From positions 86,492,001 through 86,556,000 of the forward strand of contig NC_045696.1 in NCBI RefSeq assembly GCF_009834535.1: DNA of 64,000 nt. Reading direction: 5' to 3'. A program made the position numbers and the translations under genes. Below the pieces are notes generated by a model that saw only the letters and a list, made by a program, of their open reading frames with translations, was not told the DNA's origin and did no database searches. This stretch comes from Camelus ferus. Taxonomy: Eukaryota. Below are positions 54,531-64,000 of this stretch, piece after piece (the first letter of the stretch is position 1; every line of letters starts with the position of its first letter).

Positions 54531-55431
54531 AATCTTTTTCTCTTTGTACTAGAGGAAACTCTGGGTTCCTTATCCTTTCCCCTTTTAATACTAAAAACAC
54601 AAGCAAGACAATGAAATAATTATGTTTATAACTTTTCTAGCTGTTCTTTGCTTTTAGCTAGTCCTCTGCATATTTAAATAGTATAAAATTATGAAACAAA
54701 ATATTTGCCCATCTGACCAGGCATGTCAGAAAATGTGTAAATTTAATCAAATGTTGTTAGAATGATGTGATTATAGGAAGACAGTTTCTTTGACTGTGGT
54801 CCCATGTTTGTTACAGACTGAACCAAATGTTCTTTCATACATACTAATTAGAGGCTTCACTTTGGATAAAACTGTAACAAAATCGCAATGCCTTACATAC
54901 TAACTAGATATTCCTTTCCCTTTTCTCCCTCTCTCATCTCAATTATCAAGCAAAATTTTCGTGAATACATTGCTAATAAAATCTGCATTCATTCTGTTAT
55001 CTCCAATATTTTAATTAATAAGGACTCTATAGTATTAAAATGTGCTGCTCTTCACAATTGATTCTAATTCAATAAAAATTAATTTACGTGTGCTATGTAC
55101 AAGTTTCCATACTAGGTAAGTGCCGTGGGAAATACAGATTAAATTAGTTATAACATATTTTTCACTGTATACTTATTATAGGATATATTGCATTGAAGAG
55201 GAGACATGCACATATACCAATAAATATAAATTTATTTATTTCTTTGTGATATAGCTGTAATAAAAGTTAAGATATGCGCAAAGGAGAAACCTTAGCAATT
55301 TTAACTAACGGAATTTAGGAATGCTTAGTGGAAGATACATAAATTTGATTACAACTTTAAAATTAAGACACTGATAGAGAAATAAAGTGGGAATCTTTAT
55401 AATTTAAAAATATATGTAAGAATGTTGATTT

Positions 55432-55472
55432 TACATTGTGCTTATGCAACTACATTGTGCTTATGCAACTAC
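55432..55472. repeat. Perfect 19-bp tandem duplication
   Basis: TACATTGTGCTTATGCAAC twice, plus TAC. Confidence 0.95.
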
Positions 55473-55639
55473 GTACTGCCAAGAAGACATTTCTCCCTGA
55501 CAACATATTTCCCTTGTCTAATTTTTTCACTATAATATATACAAAAGTTATTCTAAAATGATTAAAATAAAGTTAGTGCAATTAGATCATTTTTCATTAA
55601 TTCAGTTAGTACCCTTTTCTAGTTTGATAAATTTCCTAC

Positions 55640-56250
55640 ACTGTTACATGGTTGGTGGATGCAAAGAGAGAGGATCTCAGTAGTCTAGGCATGGGCTTAG
55701 GTGAAAAATAAAAATGGAGATCAGAAGCTTCTCTAGTTTACATGTAGGTGAAAATGGTAAGACAGGCTGAGGTATTGAAATTCAAGTGTTAATGAAAGGA
55801 AAACCAATAATTAGGCCCAAAGTCCTGGATTCAGAGACTGAGTGGATAGCAGTGCCACTAACTGAGCCTCGGAAGGCTTGAAATTAGGAACTAAATGAGG
55901 AGTTTTACTTACTGAATATGATGAATACAGAGTTCAATAAAATATCTGGTGCTTAGAGAAGAGTTTTGGAATATAAATGTAAAGTCAATAGCCTTCTTTT
56001 CCTATGTGATATGTAAAGCCATGAAACTGAATCAGATCATTTAAAGGAAAAATGTCAAAAGACAAAATTAGGAAGTCAAGAAACAAGCCCCATGGAGACC
56101 CAATATACAGGGACTGGATGGAGGATCTGGAGAATGAAATGCAGATTAAAGTTACATAGAAGCCAAGAGGAGAGACTGTTCTAAGGAGTAGAGAGTGGTC
56201 AACTCTGTAAAACATTGCTTTTCAAGTGAATAAAATGAGGACATAAAAAC
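55640..56250 (-). mobile_element. L2 ORF fragment
   Basis: TAAAGCCATGAAACTGAATCAGATCA and AAGCCAAGAGGAGAGACTGTTCTAAGGAGTAGAGAGTGGTCAACT; ORF 55985-56215 (VDHSLLL..DLIQFHGF) is L2 RT-like. Confidence 0.75.
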
Positions 56251-57004
56251 AGGGTTAAGTTTTTTATAACACTGAGAAAAAAAAGAGGAAAGAGAAAGAA
56301 GGCACTAATAAGTAAAATACAAAGTTCTAACAAGAATAAAACTATAGGCAAAAAAGATTAAAAGTGATATGTATATGGGGAGACTATAAGGTAATACTTT
56401 TGAAAAATTAGATGAAACACATATATTTCTGGAAAAATAAAAAGTAACCACAGGTGGTGCAAGAGGAAATAGAAAATAACTACTCTTGAAAATGAAGTCT
56501 AATCAAACATCTCCATGTCAAATAAACTCTAGATAACTTCTACTAAACTTACAATAAACTGAAAATCCCTACCTTCCATGATTTCCATGTAAAGACAGAA
56601 AAACAAGAAAAGCTGTCCAAGTCATTTTAGGAGGTTAAGATAGCCATGATTCCAAAACCAATCAAAAGTAATAAAAACCAAGATGATTTAGGTTCATTTA
56701 CTGTATAAGCAGAGATTCAATAGCTTAAGCACAGCATTTATCCAAATTTAATGGTGTCTCAGAAACAAACCTATATAATGATTAAGTTAGTTTATACCAA
56801 GATGGTAAGGAGAATTCAACATCACAAAATCAATTATTATGGATTTATTCCTCATATTAATACAGTAAAGGAGAAAACTCAAATAATTTTCAATAGCTGT
56901 TTAAAAAGCATTTTATAATGTTAAATATCAATTTATAATAAGAATTAAAAACAACCTTATAAAGACTATAAAGCAAAAGTTATAGTAAACTCTTGGAGAT
57001 ACTT

Positions 57005-57410
57005 TTTTATGAGTCTTGTGTGCCTATGCATCTTTCTGTGTACATAAGGAATTCAAAGTTTCTTTAAGCTCTCTTTATCTGGACCAATTTTGGGGGTTTT
57101 GAATCAACAAGGTATCTTGAGGATTGTGGGAATAATGTCTCCCTCTCTTGCTCAGTTCCTCTAAAACTTGGGTTCCTCTACTGTAAAGCAGAATACTGTA
57201 TATAGGTGTTAGCAGGTTTTCTTACTGTTCTGTGAAAGCTGGGCTTAGGAAACCACTGCAAATGTATTAGTGCCCTTAGTACTGGTATTGCTGTGGGTTG
57301 CTCTTGTTCACAAGTGTTGGGTTTTCTGTCAGCATTTGTGAAACTGTGGCAAATTACCTTGTTAACTTGCAAGAAGGGAAACAATGTCATACCCTTCCCA
57401 ATAGTTGACA
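57005..57410 (+). mobile_element. ERV1 solo LTR, MER90-like
   Basis: The 3' end GTGAAACTGTGGCAAATTACCTTGTTAACTTGCAAG...ACCCTTCCCAATAGTTGACA resembles MER90 as recalled. Confidence 0.6.
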
Positions 57411-58454
57411 TAAATACTACACTCAGTATACAATATTAGAATAACTTAAGTCCTGGACATTGCAATAAAATATAAACACATAAATGGTTTTAGTTTCAGA
57501 AAGGGAAAATCATAATATTATTTGGAGATACTATAATCATCTATTTAGAAAACCTAATAATAAATGAAAATGAACCATTCAAATTGAAAAAAATTAAATA
57601 TAAAATGAGCAATTAATAAGCTACAATGACCCTATGAATCAACCTAACAAGGCAACGGAAGTGCTTTATAAAGTAACTATAATACTCCAATAAGAAAAGG
57701 AAGAATCTGAATATGTAGAGACAGATATAATACTATGTTAATAGATTCTGTAGCTTGCAATTATAAGTATATTAGTTCATCTTTTAAAAAATGCATATTC
57801 AATAGGCAATTAAAATTTTGGAGAGTTTAAGAATACATCAAACATTCTTAACTATGTGTGGAATTTATAATTCATGAATAAAATGTATATTTTTTTAAAA
57901 AGCATTTTTTGTACTTGATATATTTAGTAAAATTTTACAGCAATAATGATCGTAGCACATAAATATGACCATTTATAAATGATGAATTATAGAGATGGTG
58001 TGATAAGTAAAGGAAAAATGGATTGTTCAGTAGATACTGATTAAAAATCATTTCACAGAATGGATAAAACTAAAATGTATCTTACTTTAAGACATGTACA
58101 AAGATGATCCAAACCTAAATATGGAAGGTCAATATTTAATCCTAAAAGAATAAATTTGTAGAGAATACACTACATTTTGAAAATGATAAAAAACTTTCTA
58201 AACAATAAATTTTTATTCTCCATATAAATTTTAAAATATATTTGATTCCCTTGAAAATGTTGTGGAAATTTTGATTGGTATAAATTATATTTATAGTTTT
58301 GCTAGAGAATAATGGATATTTTTGTAATATTAATGTGTCCTGTATAGGACAATAATATCTATATTTTCTTAAGTTCTTTGTATGAATTTTAATCATTTTA
58401 TAACTTTCTCTTTAAAGATATTGTGTTTCATAATTTATTTTTACTCCTAGAGAC

Positions 58455-58850
58455 AGTATAGAGCTGTGGTTGAGTGATAAATCTGTACCAATTCCAACTA
58501 GCTGTTTGTCTTTGGTTACATTGCTTAAACTCTTTGTGCTTTGGTCTTCTCATGTTTATGTATAAGCATGATTATAATGACTATAATAGCCCTTAAATCC
58601 TAGGGTTATCATTAAAAAAAATTTACTAATAATATAAAGTATATATTATATGTAAGTATATATTTATATATAACAATACAATAATACAATATAATACAAT
58701 TATATATAATAATATAATGATACAATTTATATATAAGTATATATTTACATATATTTTATATATTTATATAAAGTATATATAAATATATATTAATGTCTAA
58801 CACATAGCAAGTGTTAAAATTAAAGTCATAATCATTATTGTTAATACTTT
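58455..58850 (+). mobile_element. MIR with internal AT-rich (TA)n expansion (~58630-58790)
   Basis: CTAGCTGTTTGTCTTTGGTTACATTGCTTAAACTCTTTGTGCTTTGGTCTTCTCAT...CTAACACATAGCAAGTG. Confidence 0.7.
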
Positions 58851-59639
58851 AATTTAGGAAGTCACCATAATGAAAATGATATATTTGATTATAATAGTAT
58901 TAAAGATTAGACACGATACACACAAATAATAGGTAATATAACTAATAGAATACACCTTATTCTATAAAACTGACATAGCATATTAACTAAAAATACAAGG
59001 ACTTTCTGCAATTCAACAAGAAAATACAGAAAACACAAAAACTGGGCATGGATAGGGTCACAGAGTGGAGATGTGAATGGCTAAATAGTGAGTAGTTGCT
59101 CAACTTCCACTGAGATTAGAGAATTCAAGAAAGAGAGAGATAGAGAAAGACTGACAGAGGAAAGGAAGGAGAGAGAGAGAAGAAAAGGAAAGGAGAAAGA
59201 GGAAGAAAAAGACTGATCTTCCAGCTGTCAAGTAGCAAAAATTTGGGGATCAGTTAAGGCCAAATATCCGTGAATATAGCAAGATGTAAGAATCTACCTG
59301 AACTATGCACTTTTGGGGAGGTATAACCCTTGCGGGTAATTCTGACAAGCAATTTGACAGTTCATAGTAAAATTAATTATGCATATAATCAAGTCCTAGT
59401 AGTCAGAAAAATTTTACATGTTTCATTTCAGAACATTTACGATGGTATTTTTCCTAGTACTTTCCTATGAGCATGGAAATAGGTAATCTTGGTGAACATT
59501 TAGAGAATTGGTTAAGCAAAGTGTGTGGATGATACTATGGCTTGCACTGCAGTTAGTAACAGCAAATCAAATGCACAGATAGCAACATTACACATTTTAG
59601 AATTTTAAAAATACACGAGTCAGCACAGGTGAAGGGGCG

Positions 59640-60840
59640 GAAGGGAAAAAGTAGTATATGAAGCAGAAAAGTGAAATGGCTTAGCCCACTGCTCATTATA
59701 TGCCACGTAGTGAGGAATAAGATGGATTATTTTGTACCATCTAAAATAAAAAATAATGGTAAAAGGGACAATACTGACTTAGAAAATGTGGAGGTAATTG
59801 TTGAACTTAAAAACAGTATTTCTAACGAAATGAACGGGAAGCCAGGATAAATTGGGGTGGTAAGTAAATAGGTTGTATGGATGTACAGAGAGAATTTGTT
59901 GACATTTAACAACTTTTGCTCTGTGGGGACTGGGAAATAATGGAATGGATGGACATTTATATGGGTACAGGGAGGGCTACTGTGGTTGCTGTCATTCAGG
60001 GAACTTACAATATTATTTGGGAAACTTAGAACATTTTTATGTTCATGTTTGTGGAGAGAGAGAGTGATGATTTAGAAGAGAGGGTGTCTGGAGAAATAAT
60101 GTGTTTGGAAGTTAGTGAAAATGTAATCCAGAGAATATGTAAAGTTATTTCCATTTAACAATAGAAGGGAGACATCCTGGTTACAAAAAGGACAGCTTTC
60201 AGTACAGCTTGAAGATTTGGTGGTAGAAGCATAAGGATTCAATTTTCTTGTACTTGATATTTATCAATGGAATGTTAGATCATGCTACTAGCTTGGATGA
60301 GAGGAAAAGAACTAAGGAAGGAAATTTGAGCAAGGAAAACATAACAAACAACAGCTTTTGAGTAGGAAAGTAAACTTAATTAATACAAGAACATTGCAAA
60401 CTTGCCAGGCAATATTCAGAGCTTATTTTAACCCTCAGATCAGGAAATCATGTAAATTTTGTAAGATTGACTGCGATGGAAGAACTTATGTTTAAAAAAA
60501 AAAAAAAGTGAAATAAACATTGTGACAGATCATGGAATCTAATGCACACAGGAAGAAAATGTAAAGTATAATGGATCTTAAATTAATGAAAAAAGGTGAG
60601 ATCTTCAACAATCAAAGGATTGTTAGTCTCCCTATGATGAGTGATGTTGATTAAGAAAACTTGAACAGATAAGTTAAATGTCTAAGAGAAGCCAAATGTG
60701 CATTATTTACATTCAAGGCTTTTGAAGAGGGGTAGTTTGGGATGACTGTGGTCCAGGGTGTGACAGTGGAAATGTGGTGCGAAGGTTGAATGAAAGAAAA
60801 CTATCAAGTCATCCAAGTTCGTGTGATGGTCATCAAGAAT
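59640..60840 (-). mobile_element. L2 ORF (endonuclease region) relic
   Basis: The antisense translation ILDDHHTNLDD...HCHTLDH resembles the L2 endonuclease motifs ILGDFNIHVDD and GHTLDL. Confidence 0.55.
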
Positions 60841-60847
60841 TCTGGAT

Positions 60848-62509
60848 GAGGAGACAGAGAAGATGGCGGAGTAGAAGGACGCTTGCAGGTCACCCTCTCC
60901 CACAAATACACCAAGACCCACATCTACAGACCCACTCAGCCAACCAGAGCACCTGTGGAACTCCGACAGAACATCGCCCTCTTCAAAAGATAAAGAAGCC
61001 AAAAATCTGGTAGGAGAAAAGGAAAAAAGAAAGAACAAAAGGCAAAGCAGCGCGGGACAGGTCCCGCGGGGAGGGAGCGGCAAAGGAGGACTGGCGCTCA
61101 CTCGCTGGGTCTCCCCTCTCCAACTGAGAGGCCAGCGGGACGGAGGGGGAGCCTCCGAGGCTCGGATCTGTACAGAGCAGCCCTTGACTAACAGAACTAA
61201 GTTAAACGGACACAGAGCATCCCCCCGACACCCAGCCTGAGACGCGGCCGGCAGCGGGGGGCAGGGCCAGGCTGCACAAGCCAGGTGGAGGACGGAAGTG
61301 GCTGCACGGAGGCAGCCTAGGGGGAACAAAAGGGGCTGCCCGCCGTGGCTGTGGGTGCACAGGGCAGAACAACCTGGGCCCTCCATAAAACAGCAAGGTT
61401 GATGTGCTCTCGGGGGAAGGGTGCACACCCCCATCTCTGAAAACCCACGGGAAGTTTTCGGGGGAAGAGAGGCGGGGCTCAGGCACAGCCGCCACATCCT
61501 CCGCGCTGAGCACTCAGGCGGGGGCGAAACCTGCATCCGCACGGAAGGGCTTAGCAGCCTCAAAGGCCAGACTGAGACTGGCCTACAGCCAGGGGCAGAT
61601 AGGATCCTTCCATCCTGGTCCCTCAGAGAACTTGCTCCACAAAGACAAACAAGGAGCTGGGTTTTGGCTCGGAGCAGGGACAGGGCTGTCCCTTGGTCTT
61701 CCCCGAGCCCACCTGCAGAGCGCCGACCAGGGCGGAGCGCGCAGCAGCACAGAGAGCGGAACTACCGGCGGCGCAGGTAGAGGGAGAGCGGCCCCCCGCC
61801 TTTCGGGCAGGAACACAGCCCCTGACCGAGGTGCTGGGAGGGGGCACGACCCGCCCTCCTACCCGGCCAGTCTGCAACATCTGACTGAGGCATCGGGAGG
61901 GGCAGCGACCCGCCTGCCCACAGCAGAGAGCTGCACCTGACCCAGTGTTAGGAGGAGGCGCGATCTGCTTGCCGACAGGTGCTGGGAGCAGCACAGAAGA
62001 GGGCGCCAACGGAGGGCCTCTGAAAACAGCAAGCTGAGCTTCCAAAACAGGACAAAGACAGAAAGACTTCACAGTAAAAGCACACACACTCCAGGAGAAC
62101 ACCGACAACCCCCCCCCCCTTTTTTTTTAATCTGTTTTTACCTGTTCTATTTTCTATTACTCTCTTAATCTTTACTTCTTAATTCATTTCTATTTCTCTT
62201 GGGTTTTGATGTCCTGCTATTGATTAGACACAGGTTTCAAATACATCTGTTCATCCCCCCCCCCCTTTTTTTGTAAAGGTTTCAAAAGGACATCTCAACC
62301 CGATTAATACTCTGCTTCAACTCACTCTTCTATTATTCATTATACACTGTTTTCAAACCCTCTTTCTCCCTTCTTTTAAAATTCTTTCTCTCTCTCATTT
62401 TTTTTTCTTTTTTTCCTAAGTTCTATTCCTAAATAGGCATCAGATAGATAAAATCCTTAAGGACCAAAATAAACAACTGATACTCCATAAACCACAGTGC
62501 CAAAGAGGT
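60848..62509 (+). promoter_or_regulatory. L1 internal Pol II promoter / CpG island with 5' YY1 motif
   Basis: AAGATGGCGG (YY1 consensus) at 60860-60869. CpGs are dense over ~61040-62030 in an otherwise CpG-poor window. Confidence 0.85.
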
Positions 62510-63412
62510 ATGAGCAAGATGAAGAAGCAGAAAAACCTTTCCCAATTAAAAGAACAAGAGAAATCCCCTGAAAGAAAGATCAACGAAATAGACATCAATA
62601 GCCTACTAGATCAAGATTTCAAAAAAGGAGTGATCGAATTGCTGAAGGAATTAAAAGAGATAGTGTTTAGAGATATAAAGTATGTCAAAAATGCAATTGA
62701 AGCTATAAAGAAGAGCCAAGTAGAATGGGTAAACTCATTGACAGAGATGAGGAATGATCTAATAGCTGTGCAAAGCCGACTAGATAATGCAGAGGAACGA
62801 ATTAGTGATCTAGAAGACAGGGCAATAGAAAGCACCCATTCAGAAGAACTACAAGAGAAGCAAATAAAAAATAATGAAAATAGCATAAGGGACCTATGGG
62901 ATAATATAAAGCGTCCCAATCTTCGCATAATAGGGGTCCCAGAAGGAGAAGAAAGATCAAAGGGGATTGAAAAGGTTTTTGAAGAAATCATGACTGAAAA
63001 CTTCCCAAACTTAAAGAAGGAATCAAATATCCAAGTACAGGAAGCTCAGAGGGTCCCAAACAGGAAGAACCCAAATAGACCCACACCAACACATATCATA
63101 ATCAAGATGGCCAGAGTCAAGGATAAAGAAATGATTCTAAAGGCAGCCAGAGAAAAGCAAAGAGTAAGTTACAAGGGAACCCCCATAAGGCTCTCAGCTG
63201 ATTTCTCTACACAAACACTACAGGCCAGAAGGGAGTGGCAAGATATATTCAAAGCCCTGAATGAAAAAAAGATGCAGCCTAGGATCCTTTATCCAGCAAG
63301 GCTATCCTTGAGGATAGAAGGAGAAATAAAGAGTTTCACAGACAAAAAAAAGCTGCAGGAGTTTAGCAACACTAAACCCATGCTAAAAGAAATATTGAAA
63401 GGGCTATTCTAA
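62510..63412 (+). CDS. ORF1: LINE-1 ORF1p (coiled coil, RRM, CTD RNA-binding chaperone), 300 aa, intact reading frame
   Basis: ORF track. Contains the L1 ORF1 motifs RISDLED, RPNLRIIGVPEGEE, ENFPNL, KGTPIRLSADFS, ARREW and YPARLS. Confidence 0.97.
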   Translation: MSKMKKQKNLSQLKEQEKSPERKINEIDINSLLDQDFKKGVIELLKELKEIVFRDIKYVKNAIEAIKKSQVEWVNSLTEMRNDLIAVQSRLDNAEERISDLEDRAIESTHSEELQEKQIKNNENSIRDLWDNIKRPNLRIIGVPEGEERSKGIEKVFEEIMTENFPNLKKESNIQVQEAQRVPNRKNPNRPTPTHIIIKMARVKDKEMILKAAREKQRVSYKGTPIRLSADFSTQTLQARREWQDIFKALNEKKMQPRILYPARLSLRIEGEIKSFTDKKKLQEFSNTKPMLKEILKGLF

Positions 63413-63816
63413 ATAGAAAAGCAGCAGGATGCTACAGAAATGAGAAACACACAACTGGAAAGGTGATAACTCATGAATTACAAATAAAGTAAACATGAAA
63501 TTATAAAAGAAGACATACAAATCACTGAGAGTGGGAGAGGGAGGCAGGGAAATATAGAATATTTTTTTCTTTCTTTTTAAAATTTTTTTAACAGTAGGAT
63601 GGGTTTGAGATCATGTTACTATCAGTTTAATAAAAACAGTTATAGTAATGGGTTGATAGATTTACAAAAAAGGGTAACCACAAGCCAAAAATTTACAAAG
63701 GAGTCACAAAAATTAAATAAAATCCATGGTAATACAAAGGAAAATTACCAAACCACAAAAGGAAGAAGAAAGGAACAAAGAGGATATACCAATTCAACTG
63801 CAAAGATAAGTTCAAA

Positions 63817-64000
63817 ATGGCAATAAACACACATCTATCATTAATTACTGTAAATGTTAATGGACTAAATGCTCCAGTCAAAAGACACAGAGTGGCAGAC
63901 TGGATAATAAAGCAAGAACCTTCAATATGCTGCATACAAGAGACCCACTTTAGGGAGAAGGACACATATAGATTGAGAGTGAAAGGATGGAAAAGGATAT
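63817..64000 (+). CDS. ORF2: LINE-1 ORF2p N-terminus (APE-type endonuclease), partial
   Basis: ATG at 63817 translates as MAINTHLSLITVNVNGLNAPVKRHRVADWIIKQEPSICCIQETHFREKDTYRLRVKGWKRI with no stop before the window end. NVNGLN and CCIQETH are L1 endonuclease motifs. Confidence 0.96.
   Translation, partial: MAINTHLSLITVNVNGLNAPVKRHRVADWIIKQEPSICCIQETHFREKDTYRLRVKGWKRI

Larger units (their letters stand above)
56270..59600 (+). mobile_element. Very old L1ME-type ORF2/3' fragments, multiply interrupted
   Basis: Scattered collinear L1 ORF2 remnants (TGATTCCAAAACCA, ATTCAACATCACAAAATCAATT, AAAAAGCATTT). Confidence 0.6.
60848..64000 (+). mobile_element. Young 5'-intact LINE-1 (5'UTR, ORF1, inter-ORF, start of ORF2); runs off the window end
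   Basis: Begins GAGGAGACAGAGAAGATGGCGG. A ~1.66 kb GC/CpG-rich 5'UTR is followed by an uninterrupted ORF1 and an open ORF2 N-terminus. It is inserted into an old L2 relic; the candidate left TSD is AAGAATTCTGGAT (60835-60847). Confidence 0.97.

Noticed and set aside
61202..62108. Several 60-178 aa ORFs in the young L1 5'UTR
   Set aside because: They overlap in many frames with low-complexity GC-driven composition and no domain.
62611..62991. 126-aa antisense ORF
   Set aside because: Shadow of L1 ORF1.

Overview
This is AT-rich, repeat-dense mammalian genomic DNA, not prokaryotic. The tRNA-derived SINE copies and the L1 3' ends look camelid (inference from recalled consensus sequences). Most of the window is transposable-element debris: L1 of several ages, L2, MIR, ERV/MaLR solo LTRs and hAT DNA-transposon relics. 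The only clearly intact coding sequence is a young, 5'-complete LINE-1 at 60848-64000. It has a CpG-rich 5'UTR, an intact 300-aa ORF1, a 404-nt inter-ORF spacer and an ORF2 that is open to the window edge. Almost all other ORFs in the track are L1 fragments or chance ORFs. The non-repeat intervals carry clusters of minus-strand AG...GT-bounded micro-exon candidates, some separated by short introns and some with stops or broken splice sites. Together with a + strand bias of the younger L1s, this suggests an unidentified, possibly decaying, multi-exon gene on the minus strand. I could not name that gene, and chance splice-like matches are common in such DNA. Repeat family names come from recognition by eye, and repeat boundaries are approximate unless a target-site duplication (TSD) is given.
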